Assembly (NCBI RefSeq): GCF_032191835.1
Contig: NC_083243.1
Span: forward strand, 54,312,001-54,376,000
Direction: 5' to 3'
Length of the DNA: 64,000 nucleotides
Origin: Heteronotia binoei
Lineage: Eukaryota
Shown here: positions 50,405-61,743 of the stretch, in pieces
Numbering within the stretch: the stretch's first letter is position 1
Layout: every line of letters starts with the position of its first letter
Program-made: the position numbers and the translations under genes
Notes under the pieces: model-generated
What the model was told of the DNA's origin: nothing
Databases searched by the model: none
Seen by the model: the letters and a program-made list of their open reading frames with translations, nothing else

Positions 50405-50549
50405 CTTCTCTCGCAAGAGAAAAGCATTGTTCTCCTCCAGTTTTTGCATGGATTTTTGTAACTCATCTGTTTCCTTCATGTGATATGAAAGAGCCTCATG
50501 AAGACGGATATTCTCTGCAAAAACGGCTCTTCCTGCATTGTCCAACTTC
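50405..50549 (-). CDS. BBOF1: BBOF1 exon 7 (KLDNAGRAVFAENIRLHEAL...LLREK)
   Basis: 145 nt, ctcag acceptor; weak GTTCTT donor inferred from homology and phase. Confidence 0.88.
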
Positions 50550-50804
50550 CTGAGAAAGGGCAAAGGAAATTCAGCAGTTGTTTTAATAGACTTTTGTCTT
50601 TTAATCATAAAACTTCACAGAACACAAACTACACACTCAACACTAGTTTATGGAGACAGCGCTCATATTAGTAAGACTATTTTGTGATTAGTGCCATATT
50701 TAATCATAAGAAATTAAGTACCAATTTGGATTACCTATAAATTATTCTAATACATGTAGCATCTTAGCCAATGCTAAGGAATAGAGAAATCAGATAAATC
50801 TTAC

Positions 50805-50875
50805 GTGAGGGCTTCATGATGGGCCCTTTCTGCTAGCATTATAATCTTCTTTTCTGCTTCTCTTTCCAATCGTTG
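50805..50875 (-). CDS. BBOF1: BBOF1 exon 6 (QRLEREAEKKIIMLAERAHHEAL)
   Basis: 71 nt, ctaag/gtaaga. Confidence 0.93.
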
Positions 50876-51373
50876 CTTAGAGAAAGAAAGGGCAAATATA
50901 TAAGAACCAGGAGATTTTGGAATTAAAGCCAGGCACAAAGTAGTATTCAGATTTCAAAATTAAAAAGAGATGTTTCTAGGAGAAGGCAAAAGAAGGTCTA
51001 ATTGGGAATGGAGAAGTCCAACATCAGTGAAAACAATTTCTTGCAATCCCTGAGACCCAGCCCTAAAGATGTACCCATTTCTTAAGGATTATTTCAGGCA
51101 ATACAGGTAAAGTATCACAAGCTCATGTAATATTTTATCTGAATTGTGGCCTTGCCCAGATGATCCTAAACTGCAGTGTACAACTGAAACCAAAGGAAGC
51201 ATCTTAGGAAAATCTTACAGGACACCACTATAGTCAATGCAGAAAGCCATGCAAAGCCAAAATTACTTCCCAGAAATTGTATGGGCTAGAAGGAACCATG
51301 AAGCAAACATGTATATATGGCATATATGACCCCCTAAATTAGAGCTATTGACAATTCCCTAAAAACACTATAC

Positions 51374-51454
51374 CTTTTCTTCAAGAAATTTTCTCTCCAA
51401 TGTGCAGATTGTCTCCTGATGTTCTTTTTTTGTGATATCCAAGTTTTCTTTTAG
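51374..51454 (-). CDS. BBOF1: BBOF1 exon 5 (LKENLDITKKEHQETICTLERKFLEEK)
   Basis: 81 nt, cctag/gtatag. Confidence 0.92.
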
Positions 51455-53414
51455 CTAGGATTGTAAGACGTATTTAATCATTATTTTATTTTTCTAGATG
51501 ACAATCTAAATAATATTCATTAGAAAGGTACGGTACTTCATGCTTCCCCCTCCCCAGCATTTCTGACACCTGGATTTTCTTCCTTTTATTAGTTTTGCAT
51601 TTATTTGATCTCACTAAGAAGTTGCCTTTGATTGTATGGTTGGCCTTCTCTCACATGTTCATGTATTTGCATTCACTTTGTGACCACTCTTTCAACAAAG
51701 CACAAGCCCTTATATTCTAATTCCCCAATTTTGATGCAACTTTTCCTTTCCCTTAGAGACCCAGATTGGCATAGTGGTTAAGTGTGTGGACTCTTATCTG
51801 TGAGAATCGGGGTTAATTCCCCATTCCTCCACTTGCAGCTGCTGGAATGGCCTTAGGTTAGCCATAGCTCTCATAGGAGTTGTCCTTGAAAGGGCAGCTG
51901 CTCTGAGAGCTCTTTCAGCCACACCCACCTCACAGGATGTGTTGGAGAAGGAGATAAAGGAGATTTTAAACCGCTCTGAGACTCTGATTCAGAGAGAAGG
52001 GCAGGGTATAAATCTGCGGTCTTCTTCTTCTTCTTATATAATAAAAAATTTACTGAACCTCCATTTTTTAAGATACCTTATGTTAAAGTGTACATCTCCT
52101 ATTCTTTGAGGCAAAATATATTTGTCTTTTTACAATTATCGGAGGTTACTGAGATGTTTTTCTCTTAAAATCCAAGAAACACATATAATGTTGAGATTCA
52201 TTCTCATTAAATGCATCAGACTACACTGCATTTCTATAGCCTACATAACTATTATAAAAAGTACTGTTATCCTCCCGAACTTCCCTATAACTCAAAGCCA
52301 TAAAATAAGATGGGATGGGGTGGAGAAAAGCATTTTGAAGCCTAATAAGGGATGATGCTTATTAATTTAGTCTGAGGGGGTGCACCACCTCCTATGGAAT
52401 TATTTAGTGATTCTAGCACATCACCCCTAAAGTAAAATAAGAATGATCAGTATTCATGCAAACAAAGCACCAGACACTAGCTGTAAATATTCTCACAAAC
52501 TACCGACATCGTGCCAGCAGCAAAGATACAAGTTCTGACACTAGCATGAAGCAGAATCATCTTGCCAGGGAGCTCTGAAAATAAATTCTTGGCAAACCAA
52601 TTCCATGTATCTTTAGAAAGCACACAAAGAAAACATGAAAAGTAATGCTCTTGAACAATGAACCAAGCATCTACTTTGTACCACTATGGAGTAGCAGATG
52701 AAGAAATTTTCACCTCACAATCAAACAAGGTGCACAAAAAACAACAGTTCCATACTGGTGGGTTAGTTCTTCACCCTGTAGACACTCCTCATACAAATTC
52801 ACCTCTTTTATTTCAGTATTCCTTCAAGACCCAGATCTTTCATTCTCAGAGGTATTACACATATTAAACCCAGTTGAGGGCACAGAAAATGCAGAACAAA
52901 TTATACACTTATGCGTAAATAATTTATAGTGGCTTAAGACATAAACACTGCTTTTAAAAATTGCTCCTAATAAATAATAGTTTCTAAACAAGAAAATTTG
53001 TAAGATTTTTTGTCTCCTTTTTTCTGTCGGTTTTATGGTAGTTTAATAAAATTCAGTTTTGTTACTTAAAAGGTTTGGTGTGGTGGTTAAGTGTGCGGAA
53101 TCTTATCTGGGAGAACCGGGTTTGATTCCCCACTCCTCCACTTGCACCTGCTGGAATGGCCTTGGGCCAGCCATAGCTCTGGCAGAAGTTGTCCTTGAAA
53201 GGGCAGCTGCTGTGAGAGCCATCTCCAGCTCCACCCACCTCACAGGGTGTCTGTTGTGGGGGAGGAAGGTAAAGGAGATTGTGAGCTGCTCTGAGACTCT
53301 TTGGAGTGGAGGGCGGGATATAAATCCAATATCTTCATCTTCTTCTTCTTATTTCATAAAAGTACTGCACCAAATATATACTTGGATACACACAAACTTA
53401 CAAGATCCCTCAAC

Positions 53415-53850
53415 CAGAACATAAGAGAACATAAAAGAAGCCATGTTGGATCAGGCCAATGGCCCATCCAGTCCAGGTGTCATCACGAGGTCCACCAGCA
53501 GGGCCAAACTCTAGCAGCCCTACCAGTGTTGCCCCCCAAACACCAAGAATACAGTGCTTCACTGCCACAGACGTAGTGTTCCATCTATACATTAAAGCTA
53601 ATAGCCACTGATGGTCTTTTGTTCCATATGTTTATTTAATCCTTTCTTGAACCTGTCTATGCTTTTAGCCACCACCAATTCCTGTGGCAGTGAATTCCAT
53701 GTGTTAATTACTCTTTGGGTGAATAAATACTTCCTTTTATCAGTTCTAAACATATGCTCATTAATTTCATTGAGCGCCCACGAGTTCTTGTATTGTGAAA
53801 AAGGGAGAGAAGTACTTCTTTCTCTACCTTCTGTATCCCATGCATAATTT
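53415..53850 (-). mobile_element. CR1 3' fragment, same subfamily as the 1786 and 34780 copies
   Basis: ORF 53598..53885 (WNSLPQELVVAKSIDRFKKGL); gaacataag tail. Confidence 0.88.
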
Positions 53851-54184
53851 TTTAGAATCTGAACTGAATTTAATGGCATATACAATGTTAGAAAATGAGC
53901 ATATTAATTAACCTGAGATGGTGTAGTTGGTGTCCTTAGGTCCAGTGAATGTGTTATCTGCGTATATGTAGCAGTGTTGGCATCTGGGTTCAATTTAATT
54001 AAATTAATTAATTAAGTCCACCCTCTCTGCACAGCAGTGCCCAGGGTGGATTATAACAATTATGAACAATAAATATTCAATAATTTAAACGATTAAAAGC
54101 ACAATACAATTTATAAGAAGTACAAAAGCAAGATGGTGATAGAGGATAATTCATAAATCCCTGAATGATTACTTGTGCATTTGC

Positions 54185-54595
54185 TAGGGTTGCCAAGTCC
54201 AATTCAAGAAATATCTGGGGACTTTGGGAGTGGAGCCATAAGCAAAGTTCTTCAAAGTAACACAGAGCAACCAAAGGTTCAAGTTTACCTTTCCTAAGAA
54301 AACGACCTCTGAAAATATTGTGCAATCAACGGAGGGTCTGGGCTGCTTTCACAGCCACTGGGAGCAGCCATGTTGTTCTGTCTGCTCCCCTCCCACCCCC
54401 ATTCAGCCTTAAAGACATAGACATACCATCCCAAGAGGAAGCCTTTCCAAGTGGAGGCTGAAGCCTCCGGAGGTGGAAAGGCACATGGTGGCTGTGGGGG
54501 CAGGGTTTCCCTCCCACTGGCCAGCTGACTGGGAGCGGGAAGGAGCCTGGGAAAGCGGGAGAACCCCCACTGGGACCTGGGGATTGGCAAGCCTA
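54185..54595. mobile_element. DNA element with TAGGGTTGCCA termini; related fragments at ~49080-49360, 49690-49915 and 60001-60430
   Basis: TAGGGTTGCCAA ... TTGGCAAGCCTA; TSD g(c/a)atttgc. Confidence 0.75.
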
Positions 54596-54630
54596 GAATT
54601 TGCTCAATTTAAGCCAAGACCTGAGCAAGT

Positions 54631-54864
54631 CCCTGACCTTGTCAGATCTTGGAAGCTAAGCAGGGTCAACTCTGGCAAGTACTTTGATGGAAGACCTCCT
54701 TGGAATACCAGCACATGGGAGCAGGCTTTATTCAGCCACCTACCTGAATATCCTCCAAGCCCTGAGTAGGGGTCAGTCACCAGAGGTCATCATGACTTCC
54801 AGCTGGGCACACACACACATTTTAAAAATACAAAAATACAGCCCCCCCCCGCAAAAAAAAAGAA
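54631..54864 (+). mobile_element. 5S rRNA-derived SINE, copy C
   Basis: ggaagctaagcagggtc...agtactttgatggaagacc; 15-bp TSD aagac(c/t)tgagcaagt at 54616 and 54865. Confidence 0.82.
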
Positions 54865-56220
54865 AAGACTTGAGCAAGTGGGCCAACTACAATCAACAGA
54901 AGATACTAGGATGTTACTAGACACCTGTTGCCTCAATCATAGGTCTGGCGGAATATCTCTGTTTTACAGACCTTGCAGAACTGTAGCAAGTGGTAAGACT
55001 TCATTGCAAGCTCTGGTACCAGTGTCCATGTTCAAATTAGATGCTGTATTATTGTGGGTGAGGAGTTGTTTAAGATTGAGGGGCTGTCTGTGTGCAAGAA
55101 AAGGTTTGCTCCCCACCCAGTACTTGTGAAAGAAAACTGTAATTATTCAATAGAGGTTGTAAGTGGCTGATGATGCATCAAACTGTTTTAAGTTCAGAGC
55201 TGTATGTGACCACTAGTTGTGTTCTGTCTCTTTTCGGCCTGTCTTGCAACAGGTTCTCTCTGGGTACCATTCTAGCTTTGTTAATCTGTTTCTTGACTTC
55301 ATAAGTAGAATACTTTAGTTCCAAAAAGGTCTGTTGTAGATTTTCCCAGTATTAACTGTAAGGATTAAGTGTAAAGACTTTTGTTTCTTTGTAAGGATTA
55401 AGTGTAAGGATTTTTGTTTCTTATTATCCTCTTTTATTTCATTCCAATGTTTAAGGCTATATTTTCTCTTTGTGACTTAGTGCCATTCTAAGCAAAGTTA
55501 CACTCTTACAAGTTCACTGAGACCAATAGCATTATGACAGGTGTAAATCTGCTTACTCTCTCATACAGTTTACTAGTTGTTCTCATTGGCACTGTCATGA
55601 TGGTCTTATACCTCAATGGACTAGTTGTACTTAAAACATTAAAATAATTTCAAAAGAAACCATATGCAAATTAAATTAACCACATACAGGAATACTATTT
55701 AATTCAGCTGCAATCATATACTTCACTGTATATTTTTATTATAGTCTACAAACTACAGTTTTTTCCTTGTGGGCAATCTGTTCTCCTTGCATACATCAAA
55801 GTAATGAAACGGGAGTGAATCATAATGCACTCTTAAACAGGATTACTCTGTCCCAAGTCCAAGGAAGTTAATGGACCTAGAGGAGCATTAGAAGTTCTTA
55901 ATGGACTTAGATTTCACCCTCCTCCCTTAGCTTACTTGCTCCTCCATTTTTGGTCTGGTCTCCCACTCTTCCCCAAGTGAAAGTCATCAGGGAAGGGGAA
56001 TCTTGCTCATCTCATTCTACATTGCTGTGTCCACCACCACCACCACCACAACTCCTCTCTCACTCTTCTTGCCCAATCCTCTCCTCACCACTCTGGTCTT
56101 CTCACCATCTGCCTCTCAAACATTCTGCCTGCCCTTCATCTATATATTGGTTAGCGTGTAAGACTGGGATTTGATATGACCAGGGTCAAGTGCTCCATTC
56201 ACCATGGAAGCCTGATGGAG

Positions 56221-56880
56221 CAGGCCCGTAGTCACGGAGGGGCCAGGGGGGCCCTGGTCCCTCCACCCAACCCCCCTTGGACCTTTATGGCCCCTCCTTT
56301 CCCCAGCCCCTGCTCTCTCTGCCACCACTCTTCTCCCCATGGCTCTGGCAGCTCTGGCGGTCCTGCCCCCCTCCACGCAGCACGTTCCCCTCCCACCCAG
56401 CCACCCACTCAACCACTGGGCAAAATCGTAAAGAGCGGGCTCCTGGGGCTCTTGCAAGGCGCCCCCCCCATCCCCACTGATCATGTGATTGGCTGGAAAA
56501 GCTGTGCCAAAGCTGGCGGTTCCTACACCAGCTTTTCTGCGCAATCTGCAAGTTCAGCGCTGGCCACCCCAACACTGAACTTTCTGATTGCGCTGGAAAA
56601 GATACTGCCAGCTTCGGTGCAGCTTTTCCAACCGATCACGTGATTGGGGGGGGGTGCCTTGCAAGAGCCCCAGAAGCCCGCTCTTTACAGTTTCACCTGG
56701 TGGGTGAGTGGGTGGCTGGGTGGCAAGGAGGGGGAAATGCTGCATGAAGGGCGGCGGGGCCACCAGAGCCGTGGGGAGAAAAGTGGCAGCGGAGAGAGTG
56801 GGGGCCACCAGAGGGGGGCCCTCCATCCAAAAAAATTTTCTGTGGGCCCCTCCAACTGGAATTTTCTGGCTACAGGCCTG
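56221..56880. mobile_element. GC-rich foldback hAT-type element
   Basis: Ends CAGGCCCGTAG and CTACAGGCCTG; TSD ctgatg(g)ag; long internal inverted arms. Confidence 0.8.
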
Positions 56881-57153
56881 CTGATGAGTGACCTTGACCT
56901 CATCAGCCTAACCTACCTTTACCATGTATGACTTATGTGGAGATGGGGGGGAATGATGCGGAAAACTGTTCTCTGTCACTCCAGTCTCCTGTCCATCCCC
57001 TCTTGCTAATCTTGCCCCCATCCCCTGCCACCCCCAGCTAAGAGGAGCAGCAGAGGACACAAATATCTATCATCTATCAAAATAAACAAATAAAAGCAAA
57101 ACACACAAAAATTAACACTTTTATAATTAACACAATATTTATAATAATCTTAC

Positions 57154-57297
57154 ATCTTCAAGTTCTTTCTCCATACGTGCTTTATCTTTTCGAAACTCCT
57201 TTATCATTTTCAGTTCAATCTGAATAAGACCAATTTCTTTAGCCTTTTTCTGGAATTTTTCCTCCATCTCTTCCAGTTGTTTGGTGAATTGCTCAGC
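57154..57297 (-). CDS. BBOF1: BBOF1 exon 4 (AEQFTKQLEEMEEKFQKKAKEIG...ELED)
   Basis: 144 nt, tgtag/gtaaga. Confidence 0.92.
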
Positions 57298-58583
57298 CTA
57301 CAAATTAGATATTTAGCAAGAAGTAAACAACTAAGACATATAAGTGGGGAAAGTAATTAGTAAAAACAAATCCTGGCAAGTGGACACACATCTCCAGCAC
57401 CATGTTGAAGCACAACATATTTAAAAGCAATTAATGTAAGTATGTAAATGTGGAAAACCTACCTGTAGAGTATTAAACAATTGTCAAAAGAAAGTTTTTG
57501 AACTGATTTGTTATTATTTGCTATCTACTGTTGTGTGAAATTACCAGGTTCAGAACGTCAGCTCTCTTATACCTTGATCTAGGCACGCTTATGCAAAATT
57601 AAGTTTCTCTGAATTTAATGGGTCTTACATTGGAGTTAGTGTTCCCTCTAAGCTGAATTAGTGTGAGCTAGCTCACAACTTTTTAGCTTCCAGCTTACAC
57701 ATTTTTGTCTCAGCTCAGGAAAAATGGCCCTAGAGCAAACTAATCTATGCAGTAACTCACAACTTTAATGCCAGGTGTTCACAAAGTAGAATTTTTGTTC
57801 ACAAGACTCCACAGTTTAGAGGGAACATTGGTCGGAGAACATAGTTTATTGTCTTGATGTGAGCTTTGACCTATTTTGTGAGTTCAGATTTTGGCTGCAG
57901 GGTATTCAAGCTTAAATTCCATCTTTTCTAGCAAAACAAAAAAGAATGAATAGTTGAAGATCTATTAATGGCATACTGTCTCTAAAAAACTTAAACTAGA
58001 TCCTGTCAAAACTGTAAAAGTTATGGTTTTATATGTTTACTTTGTAAAATCTTATCCTAAGGCTATCCAGTATGTTCAGAAAGCATGTGCAAATTTTAAC
58101 ATTTATGAAATTTTGTGTTATAAGCCTTGATCAAATAAAGCCCCAGGCCAATCAAATAATTTGAAGTCTGGAGTTTGAAGTTTGGTAAATAAAGTTGTTT
58201 ATTGAACTATCATAGTATTTTTAAAATATTGAACTATCATAGTATTTTTTTAAATGTAATGATGTTATTGCACTGTTTGTTCTACAAATTATGCTATTTT
58301 ATTGCATTTGTTCTCCAATTTTTAATCTTGTTTTACTGCATGGTTTGTTGTATGTATTGTCATTTTTGTATTGCTCTGATTTTTAATCCAGTTTTAATGA
58401 CTGTGTTATATTGCTTTTATTACATTGTTAGATTTTTATTATTGTCTTGAGTCTCAATGAGAAAGATGGACTATACATCAAGTAAATGTATATGAATAAA
58501 TAGTTGCCACATAATTTTATCTATTTGTCTGTGCTTTAAGTATCCCCACGTTAACAACAGCATCAAAAGAAAATTTTATTCAC

Positions 58584-58649
58584 CACTTTATCACTTTCTT
58601 CCTTGGCTTGCTGCTTCAACTCATTCAGCTGCTGCTTCATCTTCTCAAG
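58584..58649 (-). CDS. BBOF1: BBOF1 exon 3 (LEKMKQQLNELKQQAKEESDKV)
   Basis: 66 nt, atag/gtgaat. Confidence 0.9.
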
Positions 58650-59184
58650 CTATATAATAACAAAAAAATACCCATATGAGAAGTCTGAAACAAAGAAGAA
58701 AACTTTTCTATTCATTTCCTTCTATCAGCAACCAGAAAATCCAGTTCCCACATTTCAAGCCCTGTCCAAGTCAACCCAATAAATATTTAGGGAAAGGCAC
58801 TCTGCATAAGTCAAGGTGGGTAGCCAATGTTGGTCTGCATTAGAGAAGCAAGATTTAAGCAGCACCACCATAAAGACCAACAAGATTACCAGGGTATAAG
58901 CATTCAAAAGTCCCCAAAGCTTTGGCTCTTAAAAACTTATATCCTGGAAATCTTGTTGGTCTTTAAGGTGCTGCTGGACTTTAATCTTGTTCTTGTATAA
59001 GCCTTGTTTGCTCAGGATGTAGTCACTTAGAGACTGACTGAATTACCAATACTTTAGGCATGCTCAAGGGCCCAAGCTTGCAACTACCTCTAGTTCCTCC
59101 CCTCTGGTGTTACTGGATGATCCTATAATCCTCATCTCCAAAAATAATACAGTAGAGAATGATTTTGATCTTAAAGCCCTACAG

Positions 59185-59705
59185 CAGGGGTGGCCAAACT
59201 TGGCACAAGAGCCACATAGAATAAACATCAGATGTTTGAAAGCCACAAGACATGGAGGGATGGTGGCTCAGTGGTAGAGCATCTGCTTGGGAACCAGAAG
59301 GTCCCAGGTTCAATCCCTGGCATCTCCAAAAAGGGTCTACGCAAGTAGGCATGAAAATCCTCAGCTTGAGACCCTGGAGAGCCACTGCCAGTCTGAGAAG
59401 ACAATACTGACTTTGATGGACCAAGGGTCTGATTCAGTATAAGGCAGCTTCATATGTTATGTATGTTCAAATGAATGTCAAATGTTTGAGGGAGGGAGGA
59501 AAATAAACTGGGGGGAGAGAGGTAGAAAGAAAGCAATTTTAACTTTAAATGTGTTTTCCAGGCTGCCAGCTGGCTTGGATAAGTGATTTAAAGAGACAAA
59601 TGCCTTCTCCAAGCTAGCCAATGGGGTAGTGGGGGCTTTGAGAGCCACACAGTTATGAATGAGAGAGCCACATGTGGCTCCTGAGCCACAATTTGGCCAC
59701 CCCTG
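59185..59705. mobile_element. hAT-type non-autonomous element
   Basis: TIR CAGGGGTGGCCAAA; TSD ccct(a/g)cag. Confidence 0.85.
59254..59468 (+). mobile_element. tRNA-derived SINE (Squam2-like) nested in a hAT MITE
   Basis: A box tggctcagtgg and B box ggttcaatccc, followed by a non-tRNA body. Confidence 0.8.
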
Positions 59706-60609
59706 CCCTGCAGCTTCATTCCTGCCATGTGCTGGAGAGACAAGATATACAGGCTGTCAAAATGTTGGAAACACAGTATTTTTGACATGATTCCTCTTGC
59801 AGTGTATGGCCCACAAGATCTATACAAGTTGCTTTAAACAGAATCTTTGCTGTATTTTTAAGATATTTCAATCGTCTAAGAATGCCAAAAGACATTTTCC
59901 CTACCTTTTTTCTCTATTTATGAAAAGCAAGCTAGTTTAAGATTTTGAATGAGATAAAAGTGCATATTTAAGCAGTTCAGTTCCAAATGTGTGCTTGTCT
60001 TAGGGTTGCCAAAATCCCCAGTTGGTGCAGGGGATCACCTGTTCTGGAGGCTCTCCCCCCACTTTAGGGTTATCAGAAAGCAGGAGGGAGGTATGTTTGC
60101 TGAGCACTCCATTATACCCTCTGGAGACTAGTTCCCCATAGGGTATAATGGAGAATTGATCTGTGGGTATCTGGGGCAGCTTTTTTTTTTAGGTAGAGGC
60201 ACCAAATTTTCAGCATAGCATCTGGTACCTCTCCTCAAAATACCTGCCAAGTTTGAAAAAGACTGGACCAGGGGGTCCAATTCTATGAGCCCTCAAAGAA
60301 GGAGCCCCCATCCTCCACAATTTCCATGGGAAGGAAGGCATTTAAAAGAAGCATGGTCCCTTTTAATGTGAGGATCAGAACACCCTTCGAAGTTCAATCG
60401 TGCTTGTCATAACCTTGCTCCTGGCTCCACTTTTCTAGCCATATGATAACTCTAAAATTCCTAACAGCTAGTATCTGACAGTCACCACTTTCTAGCTAAT
60501 AAGACTGAACACCTTTGTTTCCTTTACAGACAATTACTCGCTGTTGACCAAGTTAAAAGTTGGCAAGCCTGCAAAGGAAGGGAGGGCTGGTCGGGTTTTC
60601 CATACTCAC

Positions 60610-60883
60610 CAGCTCTTCCTTCTCGTAATCCTGCTTCTTGAGGTAAGTGATCACCTCCACCGTATCTTTCTCCAGTTTTCGCTGTTGCCACTCCAGCTCC
60701 TCGTTGTTGCGAGCGAGGCGGCGGGCGGCCTCGCGGTACTCCCTGCGGGAGAACTCCGTCACCTCCAGCCTGGCCTCCCATAACGCCGCCGCAGCTTTCG
60801 CCCTGTCGGCCTCGGCCTCTTTCTCTAAGCTCTTTAATTCTGACTTACTGCCTCGGCCACCGCCGCCCGCGGCCTTCTTGGCC
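60610..60883 (-). CDS. BBOF1: BBOF1 exon 2 (DRAKAAAALWEARLEVTEFSR...YLKKQD)
   Basis: 274 nt, ctatag/gtgagt; contains the LWEARLEVTE signature. Confidence 0.93.
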
Positions 60884-60994
60884 CTATAGAAGGAGAACAA
60901 CACACCGGGCAAGTAAAAAGTCAAGGACCTGGGCAAAAGGGATGACAGAGCTCTTTTCCCCCTGCAGAGCTGTCCTGCCGACCTTCCTCATTAC

Positions 60995-61044
60995 CTCCCT
61001 CCCTTGGAACCTTTATCTTTTCCTTTCCCTTTCCCTTTCGCCAT
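60995..61044 (-). CDS. BBOF1: BBOF1/CCDC176 exon 1 (MAKGKGKGKDKGSKGG-R)
   Basis: GCCATGG Kozak context, Lys/Gly-rich start like the vertebrate orthologue, GTAATG donor. Phase 2 matches exon 2. Confidence 0.85.
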
Positions 61045-61216
61045 GGCAACGCAAGCCTCGCGTCCCCAGGGTTTCTTCCGAGGCGACCCGTCACTATGGA
61101 AACCAAACGGCGCAGACTAGTGACATTGCTGCGCTCGCCGGTGACGCAATGCGCATTGTGTTGACGTGACACGCGGCACCGGCGAGATGTGGAGGGTAGG
61201 GGGCTTGGAAAAGGCG
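61036..61216. promoter_or_regulatory. BBOF1 promoter with RFX X-box-like motifs; probably bidirectional with ENTPD5
   Basis: TTCGCCATGGCAAC (~61037-61050) and GTCACTATGGAAAC (61090-61103); TGACGCAA and TGACGTGA at ~61142-61169; CpG-rich. Confidence 0.6.
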
Positions 61217-61692
61217 GTGAGTTGCGAATTGGACCTGGCAGTGTGTTGAGGCGTCTTCCCGTTTTCCCTTTTTCCGAACAGTGACGGGTTTGGGTCAATT
61301 TTTGCTGTTCTTGCCTTCTTGTGCACTTCTGGCTCTGTTGTCACCTGGTTTGATTTGCGAAGCTGCCGTTCTGTGCAGCTCCTTTTTACAAATGCTGTGT
61401 TCGCATGTAACAGTTTTTCCACCAGAGACTTGTCCTCTGTTCGAGCATGTTGCATCAAAATTATGGGGAAGTAGTCAGTTGCTTCGTTGGCACTTGGTCA
61501 GTTTTGAAAATATCCCTGTCCGTGCCTAAGCAATAGTTTCAACATCGGTAAAATATGTGATTTCATGAAGTATACATTCGTCTGTTTAATTTATGGGTTA
61601 GTCTTGAAAAGAGTATTGCCTCTTCCCTCAAATTTCACTTGTGCCTAGTGTGGCATGGTGTTTCAGGAACACTCTGCGATAGACTTTTCCAG

Positions 61693-61743
61693 GTGGCTGA
61701 TACTGAATTGGTGCGGTGCCAACTGGAACAGTGACATAACAGG
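61693..61743 (+). other. Candidate non-coding 5' exon of the divergent gene (ENTPD5 by synteny)
   Basis: ttttccag acceptor and GTGAGT donor around 51 nt; an upstream CG|GTGAGT donor at 61217. No ENTPD5 coding sequence was recognised in the window. Confidence 0.35.

Noticed and set aside
54631-54715. 5S rRNA gene
   Set aside because: The 5S similarity is partial and diverged, fused to a shared non-rRNA body and flanked by a TSD; it is a SINE. The same applies at 31.6 kb and 37.6 kb.
56140-56931. Cluster of overlapping ORFs on both strands
   Set aside because: This is a by-product of a GC-rich palindromic transposon, which is poor in stop codons. The same applies at 21430-21876.
59254-59330. 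tRNA gene
   Set aside because: A and B boxes are present, but the sequence runs into a SINE body and lacks a clean cloverleaf; it is a SINE head.
61281-61529. 82-aa ORF with a signal-peptide-like start as ENTPD5
   Set aside because: It starts at GTG, has no apyrase motifs and no splice support; probably chance hydrophobicity.
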